Positions 19,945 through 30,792 of a stretch of DNA of 64,000 bases are shown here, piece after piece. Source of the DNA: an uncultured Armatimonadetes bacterium (GTDB taxonomy: Bacteria; Armatimonadota; Hebobacteria; Hebobacterales; Hebobacteraceae); the NCBI GenBank assembly GCA_963716175.1, contig OY970296.1, positions 1,056,001-1,120,000 of the forward strand. The letters are read 5' to 3'. Numbering within the stretch: the stretch's first letter is position 1; every line of letters starts with the position of its first letter. The position numbers and the translations under genes were made by a program. The notes under the pieces were generated by a model, which made no database searches, was not told the origin of the DNA, and saw nothing but the letters and a program-made list of their open reading frames with translations.

Positions 19945-22900
19945 GTGGAGAGGTTTCCTGCTACGAGAGGCGGACTACTGCATACCGCGGTCTGGCTGCT
20001 GGTCGCGATCCTTCTCAGTGTGCAGCCAGCGGCCGCTCAGATCTACACTCCCCCCGATGCCGAGGCGCACTTCTACTACCTGGCAAGCAGGTACGTTGAC
20101 CTCCAGTCTCTGGCCATCCGAGCGGGCCCTGGCAGCTATGCCCGAGTGGATCTTGATCTCAAGGGCGGCCATCTCAACCTGCGCCACCGGGCGCTGATCC
20201 GCGATGATGCGGAAGGCTACTCGGATCCGAAGTTCCATCAGATCTACCGTGAGACAATCGTCGTTGATGCTGACTGGAACGGGTTTGGCTTCGCAGGCAC
20301 CGTTTCGGCCGATGCCACTTGGACAAGACAGTGCTGGGACAACCAGGGCAGGCCCAGCTTCAGCCAGGAAGTCGACACATGGAGTGGCACGCGGCCTGCC
20401 GATCTGCTAGACCTCGGCCCGTCCGACGAAGGCAAGCTGGTTCTGGCCGTCTGGGTGTGGGAATGGAGCATGCATATCGTACAGGAGTGCTGGACGACCC
20501 CGACTACTGATAATCCCGACGGGTACGAGCGAACGGAGCGCGACGAGTATTCAGGGGTTGGCCTGCAGGTCGAGCTTGGCGACCAGAACGGCGACATCTC
20601 CTTCCTGGATGTAGTTGACCCGCTCCCGGAGATGATCGACCTGGTGACGCGGGACGGGCTTGTCTTTGATCCTGAGCGTCTAGCGCGCGAGGGCTGGGGG
20701 GCATCGGGTGCGGCCGCCGATGGGGCCACCCGCCTGCTTGTGCGGGCGCGCATTCCTCAGCCGGGTACAGTCACCTTCGCTGTCGACGGACCCGGAACGC
20801 TCAGCCGCGTGGATGGCAGCGGCCGCGGGGCTGCCGTCGCCGTCACCTCCGTCCCAGCGCTCGGAGCGCAATACGCCTACTGTCTCTACTGGGCGCCTGA
20901 CGGACTCCCCGCTGGCAGCACGGAGAGCGCGCCGTTCGTCATCTCTGCGGCAGTCAACGACGGAGGCGCTCCCTGGGCACTGCCGCCGGTTGCCCTGTCA
21001 CTTCACCAGCCCCCGGTCGTGTTGCTCCATGGCATCCTGTCGGACGCCCTATCCAAAGGTAGAGTATGGGATGACTTCCCGCTGAACGCCAGTGGCCGCT
21101 TCCGCTGGACGCATGAGCCATGCTACTTCAGCGCACTCCATCTTGCCAGCAGTGCCCGGGTAGTTCCAAGGGAGGTGGAGAACGCCTGTGCCAAGGCCCG
21201 CACCGAGGGAGTGGCCGTCTGCCGTGCGGATCTCGTTGGCCACAGCATGGGCGGGCTGCTCGGGCGGTACTGGGGAAGGCAGCCCAATGAGTGGTACGCG
21301 GGCAAGCGTAACTACTACCAGGGGGACATCCGCCGCCTCATCACCCTGGATAGCCCGCATTACGGTTCTCCCGTTGCGGACCTCTTCTATGGGCTTAGCA
21401 AGGACCCCATCCTGGGACCCGTGTTGCGCGCGGCCGGACACGTGATCGGGTGGCCAGTAGAGCTTGGTGCGCTTGAGGACTTGTGCCAGGGCAGCCCCGC
21501 CTTACACCAGATGGGTCCCAGTCAGGTGATGGGTCATGCCCTAGCGGGCAGCGTTGACGTAGATGTTGACAGCACTTGGGCCGCGCTGCAGTTGCTCCTC
21601 AAGGGCTTGCCCAACCCCCTAGTGCTGCTGGGAGTCGTGGTCGGTGGAGATTACCGGCCCTCCGTCCTTTTCGGAGGGAGTTGCCACGACTACATAGTCA
21701 GCTGTGAGAGCCAGGGTGGCGGCCTCCCCGGCAGTGCCACGGACGTCTACCATGGCTCGGCATTCCAGCACACCATCGTAACCAACTCGGGCGACTACGC
21801 TGCTCGCTGTGAGTCCCTCCTCACAGAACCTGGTCAGGGCTCCGCCTTCGCGCGATTCCCAGCCATTCCCTCGGACCTCGCGGCGTCCGCCCCAGGTGAT
21901 TCCCGGGACGCGGTGTGGCAAGTGCGCCAGCCGGAACTGGCGCCGCCGACCCTTACCATCGCCTCCCCCGCCGATGGCGCGTTGGTGGCTCCCGGCACAG
22001 AGGTGCTGGTCACAGTCGAGACGCCCAGCGGCCACGCGCTCGTGTCCAGCGCGGTACTAGGGCCGGCCTCATTCGGGCGATCGCCAGTCGGAGACCCATC
22101 TCACGTCAGTTGCCCCGTCCCGCTCGACGCCGCTGGTGCGTACCCGATTGTGGCTGTGGGCGAGCTGGGAGACGGACAGTACGCGTATTCGCCAACACTC
22201 CATCTACAGGTTGACCTATCTGGGCGGGAGCCCCTGGCCCTTCGCTTCGCGCAAGACGCGCTCAACCTCGAGCCCCATGCCTCGGCCGGGACTACCTGTC
22301 TGCTCGACTGCGCCGATTCAGTAACCCGGGTGATACTCGGCACCAGCCTCGATCTCACGTACCTGTCAACCGACAGTGACATAGCCACCGTCAGCGCCGA
22401 CGGCACGGTGACAGCGGTTGGAATCGGAGCATGCACCATCGTGGCGACATATCGAGGCACTCCGGCATTCCTGCCGATCACAGTGCGAGAGCCGCGAGCC
22501 GATTTCGAGGATGTGCCCGTGGGCTTCTGGGCGTTTTATGCCATCAGGGAGGCCTTGCGCGCGGGCATTGTGAGTGGGTACTCCGTTGACCCACCGCTCT
22601 ATTCTCCTCAGCTCCCCGTCTCCCGGGATCAGATGGCGGTCTACATCTCCCGCGGTCTAGCTGGCGGCGACGCCAATGTCCCTACCGGGCCGATGGTGGC
22701 TTCATTCGAGGATGTGCCCGCCAGTCACTGGGCCTACAAGTATGTAGAGTACGCGGTAGGTCAGGGCATAGTGCAGGGCTACGATACTACCCACTACCAG
22801 CCTGCCACAGTGGTCGATCGAGGCCAGATGGCCGTGTTCGTTGCTCGGGCAAAGGGATGGGTGAAGCTTGGCGACGCGATGGACACTGCGCCCCAACTCT

Positions 22901-23064
22901 TCACCGACGTGCCAGCGGGCTTCTGGTCGGGCACAGCGATCAAAGCTTGCGTCGACAACGGTGTGGTCCATGGGTACGGCGACAGTACCTATCATCCCGA
23001 ATGGCAGGTGACTCGCGACCAGATGGCGGCCTACGTGGCTCGGGCGTTCGGGCTGCCAGTCTGA
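19945..23064 (+). CDS. Secreted alpha/beta hydrolase (lipase/PGAP1-like) with Ig-like domain and three SLH domains
   Basis: PVVLLHG, LVGHSMGGL, ITLDSPHYGS; VSADGTVTAVGIG; three RDQMA/RGQMA SLH repeats; AAGGAGG RBS before GTG 19945. Confidence 0.85.
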   Translation: MERFPATRGGLLHTAVWLLVAILLSVQPAAAQIYTPPDAEAHFYYLASRYVDLQSLAIRAGPGSYARVDLDLKGGHLNLRHRALIRDDAEGYSDPKFHQIYRETIVVDADWNGFGFAGTVSADATWTRQCWDNQGRPSFSQEVDTWSGTRPADLLDLGPSDEGKLVLAVWVWEWSMHIVQECWTTPTTDNPDGYERTERDEYSGVGLQVELGDQNGDISFLDVVDPLPEMIDLVTRDGLVFDPERLAREGWGASGAAADGATRLLVRARIPQPGTVTFAVDGPGTLSRVDGSGRGAAVAVTSVPALGAQYAYCLYWAPDGLPAGSTESAPFVISAAVNDGGAPWALPPVALSLHQPPVVLLHGILSDALSKGRVWDDFPLNASGRFRWTHEPCYFSALHLASSARVVPREVENACAKARTEGVAVCRADLVGHSMGGLLGRYWGRQPNEWYAGKRNYYQGDIRRLITLDSPHYGSPVADLFYGLSKDPILGPVLRAAGHVIGWPVELGALEDLCQGSPALHQMGPSQVMGHALAGSVDVDVDSTWAALQLLLKGLPNPLVLLGVVVGGDYRPSVLFGGSCHDYIVSCESQGGGLPGSATDVYHGSAFQHTIVTNSGDYAARCESLLTEPGQGSAFARFPAIPSDLAASAPGDSRDAVWQVRQPELAPPTLTIASPADGALVAPGTEVLVTVETPSGHALVSSAVLGPASFGRSPVGDPSHVSCPVPLDAAGAYPIVAVGELGDGQYAYSPTLHLQVDLSGREPLALRFAQDALNLEPHASAGTTCLLDCADSVTRVILGTSLDLTYLSTDSDIATVSADGTVTAVGIGACTIVATYRGTPAFLPITVREPRADFEDVPVGFWAFYAIREALRAGIVSGYSVDPPLYSPQLPVSRDQMAVYISRGLAGGDANVPTGPMVASFEDVPASHWAYKYVEYAVGQGIVQGYDTTHYQPATVVDRGQMAVFVARAKGWVKLGDAMDTAPQLFTDVPAGFWSGTAIKACVDNGVVHGYGDSTYHPEWQVTRDQMAAYVARAFGLPV

Positions 23065-23344
23065 GTTGACCGGCTGACGAACCGGATTCGGATGACGATA
23101 GGTCACGAGAGCGGAAAGGATGACGGTCCGCGCGAGCCGGAACCCTGGGCGGCGCTTCCAGACCGAGCGCAGCATGTGTGAAGCCGACCGCCTTTGTCAA
23201 CCGCGCGTGCCGTGGGCCTGAGACTGGGCAGCCAGCCATGACGAGAGAGTCAGCTCACGTGCTCGGACCCCCATGCGAGCATCTACTGCTCTATCTCCTA
23301 GGTCTGGCCGCTTTCCGTACCGCTTTGCCTCGAGTTCACGTCGT

Positions 23345-25945
23345 TCAGAAGCCGGTGTCGAAGGAAGGTCGGTCGCTTTCGGCCACGATCCCTCCCAGGT
23401 CAATCCCCAGAGCTACCCGCGCGACCAGGAAGCCCATCTCGGCCCTGATGCGGCCGTCCTTGACTTCGCCCAATGATCGCTCCGACTCGCGAACCAGCGT
23501 GCTAGCCAGCGACGGCGAGCCGGCGCAGGAGGCCCGAGCAGCCACCAGAGCGAGTGCGCGGCTCCTGTGTGCGGGGTCGCTTACTTCCCGGGCGATGCTG
23601 GATCCGTCCGCTAGGTCGAACCGAGAGGCGGTCATGGCGAGGTCAGCCGCGAACTCCGACTTCGCATCCTCCTCCTTCAGAGCTACTAGGCGCGCCCTTA
23701 GGCCTTTGAGCCGGTTCGCCAGTAGGTCAGACTGAGCAGAGACGAGCACTAGTGCCGATATACGCTCACACTGCGCTTGAAAATAGGGGTCACCAAGGCC
23801 AGCGACAAGGGTTTCGTCGTCATGGTGCCCAGCCCGGGCAAGCCGATAGGTCAGAGCGCCGGCAATATCGGCAACGAGCTGCCGCTCCTCGCCCTCCAGT
23901 GGCGTGCCCGGGCGGTAGGCAATAACAACCATCCTGCCCTTACTCTCCTTGCGCCAGTAGTCTTGCCAGCTCTGGTAGGCAATGAGAAAGTCCTGGACTG
24001 CTTGGCTTTCCTCTCCCTCCGGCCGCAGTAGCGCGCCGTACATCCGTGTAGTCCACCACGCAGACTCAGACCTTGCCAACGGCAGCGCCTTGGTGCGGTC
24101 GATCTGGGCTAGCGCCATCATCGCAGTGGACTGAGCGCGCCAATCCTTAGTCCCCTTCCAGATCTCAGCCGCCGCTGCGGCGTCGGCGACGGCAACGTCA
24201 GGGACCGCGTATGCCCCCAGGAGTTCAGTCGTGTACCGAGCTGGGGCCTCCGCGAAGCTGCCGCCAAGGATCCGCTGTGCCCGAATCCCGGCGTTCCGGT
24301 AAGCGCCCTTCAGCGCTTTCGGCAAATCCTTCCATGCCGCCAGGATCTGCTGCACACTCCCGGCTGCTGCCTCTGGACTACCGGCCGCGCGAAGCTCGGC
24401 GCATCTCCCCAGGAATAGGAAGGGAGACAGGATCTCGCTTTCCGATACGTCGTTACCTCTGTATGGACGGAACTCCACGAGGTCGTGGCCCACATCGGGA
24501 CTGACCTTGAGGACCAGCCCAACCAGCCGCATCCAGATCCCGTACATCGCCGCCGTCTTCTCGTCATGCGCACGCCAGAACTCGTTGCGGCGCTCGGGCA
24601 CCCTCATCATGTCGGTGGCTTTGTAGAGGTCGGCCTTTTCCTTGAAGTCCACGATGAGCGCGAGACACCCCGCGGCTTCCAGGACTTTGGCGGATGAGGC
24701 CGCGCAAAAAGCTTGAGCCTCAGTGATGTGCCCCTCTTTGAGAAGGGCATCGAGCAAGTCCGCGTACACGATGAGCGTCGGGAAGATATCCTCGCGGGGC
24801 ACCCGCGAGAGGCCGAACACGATCAATGCCCACGCTGCTGCGCCAGGCGTCGGGAAGACCGCCTTGACCTCTTTCCCCTGCAATGAGGCGCCCAGAAGAA
24901 CCAGGCAAATCCGATCCACGGCCTCCACAGTTGCCGGATCAAAGAGTTGAACAGCGGGCGTGACTCCCCCGCTCGGTCCTGTGGAGGACTCAAGCGCCAC
25001 CCGAGCCGCCACGAATCGCGCCACCCGCATCCGGTCAAAGGAGTCCTTCACCGAGGCCACCGCACCTACAGCCTTCTCTGGGGCCTCTAGTGCCGAGTAG
25101 ATAGCCGCCTGCAGTGAGGCCCCGAATGCCTGATGGTCGAAGTCGTCGTCGTGCTCCGCCGGCGCCGACCAGTTGAGTGTCGTCTGAAAGGCGCGGGCGG
25201 GGCAGAAATGCCCCCACCCTATGTCTGAGAGTAAAGGCTGACTCGCCTGGATAAGCCGTGATGCAGCCACCGGATCGCTCTGGCGTAGCCGCAGAGCTGC
25301 CTCGAGTGCGAAGTCGGCCACCACCGCCTTCGTCTCCCGTCGGGCCTTTGCCGATGACGCTAGGACTGCCGCTAGCAGTGTCGTCCCAGCATCGACGTCT
25401 CCCAACCACACTCGCCTTCGGGCGATCTCGCACTGGCCCTTGGCACGCCAGTACTCGTTGCTGAGGGACTGAGCAGCACGCGCTGCCACCGCCCCATCAG
25501 CGCGAGCCGCCGATGCGAGCTCCCCGGAGATAGTCTGGTAGAGGTCCTGCGCGCTCTTCGCTCTCCTAAGGCGGCGTCGCGGCTCGCCGGGCAACAGCAT
25601 ATCGGTGCCGTTCGCTGCCAACTGCGATCCTACGAATGTGAGCTCCCGGTTGCTCATCGTGTTGTAGGGGCTACTGGCGGATGCAGCGAGGACATACCAT
25701 GCAACTGCCTGGACGATAGCCGAGAGGCCCTTATTGCTGTGCGGCACCGCGCTCTCCGCGGACTTAACCGCGGCCATCAGCGCTCGCTCCGCGGTGGCCG
25801 CGTCAACAGCCCGCTGGGAGTCCTTTTCGGAGGCCGATGCTGCAGTACCCACTTGAGTAGCAGTATCTGGAGCATCGGCCGGTACGCATGGAAGCCGGGC
25901 AATGAGAAGAAGACACATCGCCAACAAGATCGTGATCAAACGCAT
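23345..25945 (-). CDS. Large secreted alpha-helical hypothetical protein
   Basis: ~866 aa, signal peptide MRLITILLAMCLLL, Ala-rich; C-terminal HEAT/TPR-like segments. Confidence 0.7.
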   Translation of the reverse strand: MRLITILLAMCLLLIARLPCVPADAPDTATQVGTAASASEKDSQRAVDAATAERALMAAVKSAESAVPHSNKGLSAIVQAVAWYVLAASASSPYNTMSNRELTFVGSQLAANGTDMLLPGEPRRRLRRAKSAQDLYQTISGELASAARADGAVAARAAQSLSNEYWRAKGQCEIARRRVWLGDVDAGTTLLAAVLASSAKARRETKAVVADFALEAALRLRQSDPVAASRLIQASQPLLSDIGWGHFCPARAFQTTLNWSAPAEHDDDFDHQAFGASLQAAIYSALEAPEKAVGAVASVKDSFDRMRVARFVAARVALESSTGPSGGVTPAVQLFDPATVEAVDRICLVLLGASLQGKEVKAVFPTPGAAAWALIVFGLSRVPREDIFPTLIVYADLLDALLKEGHITEAQAFCAASSAKVLEAAGCLALIVDFKEKADLYKATDMMRVPERRNEFWRAHDEKTAAMYGIWMRLVGLVLKVSPDVGHDLVEFRPYRGNDVSESEILSPFLFLGRCAELRAAGSPEAAAGSVQQILAAWKDLPKALKGAYRNAGIRAQRILGGSFAEAPARYTTELLGAYAVPDVAVADAAAAAEIWKGTKDWRAQSTAMMALAQIDRTKALPLARSESAWWTTRMYGALLRPEGEESQAVQDFLIAYQSWQDYWRKESKGRMVVIAYRPGTPLEGEERQLVADIAGALTYRLARAGHHDDETLVAGLGDPYFQAQCERISALVLVSAQSDLLANRLKGLRARLVALKEEDAKSEFAADLAMTASRFDLADGSSIAREVSDPAHRSRALALVAARASCAGSPSLASTLVRESERSLGEVKDGRIRAEMGFLVARVALGIDLGGIVAESDRPSFDTGF

Positions 25946-26356
25946 GCTCTTCCTCCTGTATGCGGCTGTCCCAGGCACCTATCTCGCCCCGGCTGTAGGC
26001 TGAGGTGGGGCGGGCCCTCTCGCGTATCTCAGGCCCGAGGGGCCGTCCTCGTCGGCAGGATTCTGGAGCTGGATTGGGATTCCCTACCAGTCGATCGGCC
26101 TTCGTCCAAGCCGGCCTTCAGCATCCCGGTGGCCGATAGCCTTGCGAGACTCCTTTGCGATACCCCCGCGGTAGCCGTCGCCCGGCCCGGGGCCGCTTCC
26201 ATACCGGATCACTTCGGTCCTGGTGGAGGAAACGTTTCTGGGATCGCGACACTGTCTGCCGGCGGACGAGGCACAAGTCTCGATGCCTGGGCCGCTAGTC
26301 CGAATGAGCATCGAACCTTCTCTGGCCCATCTTCCGGGAGGTAGGCTGCTCGGTGC

Positions 26357-27718
26357 TCAAGGCATGAGCCCAAACGCCCTCGCCACATACACCGCCATCT
26401 GGTCCCGCGTCACGACAATCTCAGGATGGTAGAGTCCGTCCTCATAGCCCGCGACGACCCCATTCTCGACACAGTACTCGACGTGCTTGTAGGACCAGAA
26501 GCTATCGGGCACGTCCGGGAAGTTGCGCGGGTTGGCGGGGACATAATCAGCCAGGCCTGCTTCGCCACTTGGGGCGACCAAGGCACGGGCAACGTACACC
26601 GCCATCTGGTCCCTGGTGACCTCATATTCTGGGTGGTACTTGCCGTCCTCGTAGCCGGCGACCACACCCTGGTCAACCGCATACTCGACGTACTTCAGCG
26701 CCCAGTGTCCTGTGGGCACATCGGGGAAGGAGGGGGTGTTGGGAAAGGCGGGCACGTTCCCGTCGCCACCGGCCAGAGCCCTGGCAATGTACACGGCCAT
26801 CTGGTCGCGGGTGACGCGACTGCCCGGCTGATAGGTCCCGTCCGAATAGCCGCTGACGATTCCCTTCTGAGCGCAGGCCTCAATTTCGCCCGACGCCCAG
26901 AACGAAGGCGGCACGTCCGAGAAGATGCCGCCGGTTGTCAGCACGAGGTCGTCGAACACCAGCTCCGCAGAGGTGTCGTATTCACCGCCACAAACCCCTA
27001 TCTCCAGGTTCCACAGTACCCAGCCTGTGGGGCTGGAGCCGATCAGATCCTGGAAGTCCTGCCAGAGGTCACAGTAGAAACGGCCGGATGACCCCACGCT
27101 GATGAGTACGTGCGGGTCGAGTGCGGGGTACGCGGGGAAGCCGCCGTGGCCATCCACGACGTAGTAGACGCCGGCGAGATGGGAGGGATCGGGATCGGAG
27201 GCGGGGCCTGCCGCGAACCGAGCGTATGCCCCGCCCCATCCATTGGGCCCGCCGGGGTTCCATACGGATGTTGAGGTGGCGGTGAAGAAGAAGCGAAGGC
27301 CCTCGGAAAGCGGGACCCCGGCTCCCCCTCCCGTGGTCTCCAGGCCGTTGGCTACAGAGGCCTCGCTTGCCTTCGTTTCGTGCGGATGCGCCCACACCCG
27401 CATCGCCTTAGCTGGCGTGATCTCCACGCCGCAGTCAGGCGCATACTCGGTCATGACGCCCCACTCCGAGATATCACCAGCAAACCAGGTGAGATCGGGC
27501 CTGATGCCTACGGGACTAGCGTCAAACGACTCATACCACAGGGCAGACGGGGCCTGCTGTTCTCCGACTTGGTTGCCTCCTACCACGACCTCTGCCGCGC
27601 TAGGCGCGAGCGGCGGGCAAGTGGGTGCCGCCAAAGGGTCGGCGAGCACAGGGGATGCGCAGAACGCGACGACCAGACAGCACAGAACAAGCCCCCATGG
27701 GGCTCTAGCCGCTGCCAT
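26357..27718 (-). CDS. Secreted SLH-domain protein with beta-rich N-terminal domain
   Basis: Signal peptide; three FxDVP...RDQMAVY SLH repeats; AGGAGG RBS. Confidence 0.88.
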   Translation of the reverse strand: MAAARAPWGLVLCCLVVAFCASPVLADPLAAPTCPPLAPSAAEVVVGGNQVGEQQAPSALWYESFDASPVGIRPDLTWFAGDISEWGVMTEYAPDCGVEITPAKAMRVWAHPHETKASEASVANGLETTGGGAGVPLSEGLRFFFTATSTSVWNPGGPNGWGGAYARFAAGPASDPDPSHLAGVYYVVDGHGGFPAYPALDPHVLISVGSSGRFYCDLWQDFQDLIGSSPTGWVLWNLEIGVCGGEYDTSAELVFDDLVLTTGGIFSDVPPSFWASGEIEACAQKGIVSGYSDGTYQPGSRVTRDQMAVYIARALAGGDGNVPAFPNTPSFPDVPTGHWALKYVEYAVDQGVVAGYEDGKYHPEYEVTRDQMAVYVARALVAPSGEAGLADYVPANPRNFPDVPDSFWSYKHVEYCVENGVVAGYEDGLYHPEIVVTRDQMAVYVARAFGLMP

Positions 27719-28106
27719 CGGACCTCCTAGCCAGCAGGTTCTCCATGTCCCTTGCCCAGCTCCAGCTGCTCCGGGAGAGGGGACCGCTTGTGCGACGGGC
27801 TTCAACGCGGGGTGCCAGTCATCCTCTTGTCTGCCGTCCAGGCACCCGCGGTCGCGGGTGTCGGTCCTCAGCGTCCTTGGAGCAGAAGAGGCCTCGGGTT
27901 AAGCTCCACCTCCGGCATTCCCGCTCTCGTATCTTCGCATCCTGCCCTCAGCCGTCGGTGTCGCTCCCGGCGCGCGATCAGAGTACGGATGGCCAGGCCT
28001 CTCACCAGGCCAGAATGGTACCTCTGCGGCCGCCGTCGCTTCAGTATCATCCACGCGCGCCGGAAGGGTCCAGATACAGGATCTCCTCCGTGCACGACGC
28101 GCGCTG

Positions 28107-28162
28107 GCCCCGACCCTACGCCGAGGGGGTAGCCGGAGTCGGGGGTGAACGGGGCCGCCAGC
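28107..28162 (-). repeat. Hairpin repeat copy R7
   Basis: GACCCTACGCCGAGGGGGTAGCCGGAGTCGGGGGTGAACGGGGCCGCCAG, closest to R6. Confidence 0.85.
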
Positions 28163-28747
28163 GGTCAACAGCGGTAGGCGGCCGGGCCCGAGCACTCGTG
28201 GGCCGATAACGCCAGTTCCGTCGCTAGGAAGAGAACGCCGGTTACCGCGCCAGCAAACGGGCTGAGCCGGGGCGTCGGACTGTTCATCACCTGCCCATTG
28301 CGTGGTTCGAACCCAGGGCGTGGTACGTAGCCATTCATAATGCGCTTTCCAACGTGCTGGTCCGGCGGTGGCAGTTGCCCCGGCAGGGACGCCGGCCGCG
28401 ACTGACAGCGGAGACGTAAAGGGCCGAGGAATGCCGTCACCAGCGTCACAAAGAGCGAGGCGGTCAAGCCACGGTAAGCACCCGGTGTCAAGCGCCTGCC
28501 GCCGCATATGGTTGGGTTCCCAACCACCGATCTGCCTGCTAACTGCCGAGGCTGTCCAGGACGCGGCGTCGTTGCATCTCCGGAATCTATCCCGGATGCT
28601 GTCCTGAGCCAAGCAACCCGTTTGACAGCGGGCCAACTGCGCCACTGCTGGCGCTCTGCAGGCTCACAGCCGTCCAGTTCTGGAAGTGGCAGTGCACGCA
28701 GCGAGCATGGTATACTCAGACAGCGTATACGAGGGGACGAGCGCAAG

Positions 28748-29941
28748 GTGTCACTCTCGCCAAAGGTAGAACTGGGCCACCGCGATCTGCTGAGGTGGGC
28801 GCGCGAGTCAGCAGGCTACAGCACTCGTGAAGTAGCCGCGTTCCTCCGGAGAACGGAGGACGGCATCGTTGACTGGGAAGAAGGCCGCGGTCGGCCAAGA
28901 TACAAGACACTTGAGCGCCTCGCCACCAAGTACAAGAGACCAGTTGCTGCGTTCTTCCTGCCGGATGTGCCGACGGAGCCTCCGTCCCCAGAGGACTTCA
29001 GGACAACGCCGCGACGGGGGGCAGACGAGTACCACCCGGATTCCCTGCTGGCGTTCCGAGAGGCCCGAAACTGGCTGGCCGACACGCGAGAGCTGCTAGA
29101 CCTCCTGGACATGGACCTGAGGTTCTCGCTCCCAGCCTTCACCCTTGGTGACCCTCCAGGGAACGTGGCGTCTGAGATCCGCGAGGTCCTCGGAGTTGCC
29201 GTTGAGGAACAGCTGCGCTGGCGACAGAACCACTACGCAGTCAGCTACACGTGGAGAGATGTGCTGTTTGACCATGGCATCCTGGCAATAGTCTTCAAGA
29301 TGCCCATGGACGATGTCCGCGCGTTCTCAGTAGTGGGAGACAATTTGGCCTGCATCGGGCTGAACAGTGACGATCTCGGCTACGGGCGGGTCTTTTCTTT
29401 GTTCCACGACGTGGGACATCTATGCCTGAGACAGCCTGGTGCCTCGGGCCGCTCCCCCACAATGCTGCCTCAGTCTGTCGGCTCAAGCCAGGAGACTGTT
29501 GAGCGCTACTGCGACCGATTTGCCGCCAGCTTCCTGATGCCCGCGGATCATCCCCGTGTACAGGGAGCGTTGTCTGGCATCGCGCAAGACCCGTCCCGGG
29601 ATCGGATAGAACGCGTCGCGCGCAGCTTCAAAGTGAGCAAGTATGTCACGCTCGGCCGGGCGTGGGACCTCCATTACATCAGTGGGGATCTGTACTGGAC
29701 TCTGTTCAGAGCATGGCAAGAGAGCGACGCGGCTTCTCGGGAGCGACGCGGGAAGGGGGGTCCTGGCCCTCCCGAGAAGCGGGTCAGTTGGGTGGGACGA
29801 CGACTGACATCCCTGGTCTTTGAGGCCCTGGATTCGCGGCAGATCACCCCCTATGAGACTAGCAGGCTTCTCGGCCTGGATTCACGGTATCTTGCGCGGG
29901 CGCGAGAACTCTCTACTTCGGGGCTGGGTGATGCCGAATAA
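28748..29941 (+). CDS. XRE HTH + ImmA/IrrE (peptidase M78) protein
   Basis: LRWARESAGYS HTH; FSLFHDVGH; ERYCDRFAASFLMP; FKVS. Confidence 0.88.
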   Translation: MSLSPKVELGHRDLLRWARESAGYSTREVAAFLRRTEDGIVDWEEGRGRPRYKTLERLATKYKRPVAAFFLPDVPTEPPSPEDFRTTPRRGADEYHPDSLLAFREARNWLADTRELLDLLDMDLRFSLPAFTLGDPPGNVASEIREVLGVAVEEQLRWRQNHYAVSYTWRDVLFDHGILAIVFKMPMDDVRAFSVVGDNLACIGLNSDDLGYGRVFSLFHDVGHLCLRQPGASGRSPTMLPQSVGSSQETVERYCDRFAASFLMPADHPRVQGALSGIAQDPSRDRIERVARSFKVSKYVTLGRAWDLHYISGDLYWTLFRAWQESDAASRERRGKGGPGPPEKRVSWVGRRLTSLVFEALDSRQITPYETSRLLGLDSRYLARARELSTSGLGDAE

Positions 29942-30455
29942 CGCCCCGATCTACAGTCTGGATGCGAGCGCAGTCATTTGGCTGAAGGAGCAGTATCGGT
30001 TCGAGGTAACCCACTTCCAGACGCTGTGGGAGAGGATCGGCGACCTAGGCGAGGAGGGCCGAGTCCGGATAGCGGAAGAGGCAAGGAACGAGTGCCACGA
30101 TCAGGTCCTTCAGGACTGGTTCAACAGGTATCCCAACATGGTCGAGCCCTTCTCGGCGGAGCTCAACACATATGTCAATGCTCTGAACGCGGACCTCGCC
30201 AGTGTTCGGTTGCCCCTCGTCGACCCCCAGTCAACGGACAGTCTGGCCGATCCGTTTGTCGTGGCCCTGGCACTGCAGATTGAACAGCGCCCGATCGGCA
30301 ACCTTGGCGTCCCTGGAAACCAGCGGTGTCACGTCGTTTCCTATGAGGCCCCGAGGATGCGAGCGCGGGGCTTCGCGCGTATCCCGCTCGTATGCCAGCA
30401 CTACGGCCTTCGTTGCTTGGAGTGGCCGGACCTGTTCCAGATAGAGGGATGGTAG
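29931..30455 (+). CDS. DUF4411 family PIN-like protein
   Basis: YSLDAS, ADPFVVALA, VVSYE, RIPLVCQHYGL; overlaps the upstream stop. Confidence 0.85.
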   Translation: MPNNAPIYSLDASAVIWLKEQYRFEVTHFQTLWERIGDLGEEGRVRIAEEARNECHDQVLQDWFNRYPNMVEPFSAELNTYVNALNADLASVRLPLVDPQSTDSLADPFVVALALQIEQRPIGNLGVPGNQRCHVVSYEAPRMRARGFARIPLVCQHYGLRCLEWPDLFQIEGW

Positions 30456-30792
30456 CGCTGACAGTGCGCCGGCCGGCGCACGCGGCCCGCTGTGGGAACA
30501 CATGACTCGACACCTCTGCCGCCCCCTATGTGCTCGCCGCCGCACCCGTGCCGCGTCAAGCGCCGCCGGGTTCCAGTCCCACTCGGCTAGGCCCCGCAAG
30601 CCGGACAGCACCATCGCCTCGCGGCAAAGGTAGTCGCGCTGTTCTCGGGGTCGCAAGAGCGGCCCCCACCCGCGCCGAGGGCGCCGGCCGAAGCCAGCGC
30701 CCCCAGGTCCTACCCGATCAGGCGAGAGTCAAGCGACGGCCACCCAACTGGTGGGAAAGGTCCTGTCGTGCAGACGCCGTATTGGTTCGGCC

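Noticed and set aside
28165-28746. Minus-strand 193-aa ORF, and a GGTTCGAACCC T-loop-like motif near 28303
   Set aside because: No family motif or clear start for the ORF, and no cloverleaf around the T-loop-like motif.
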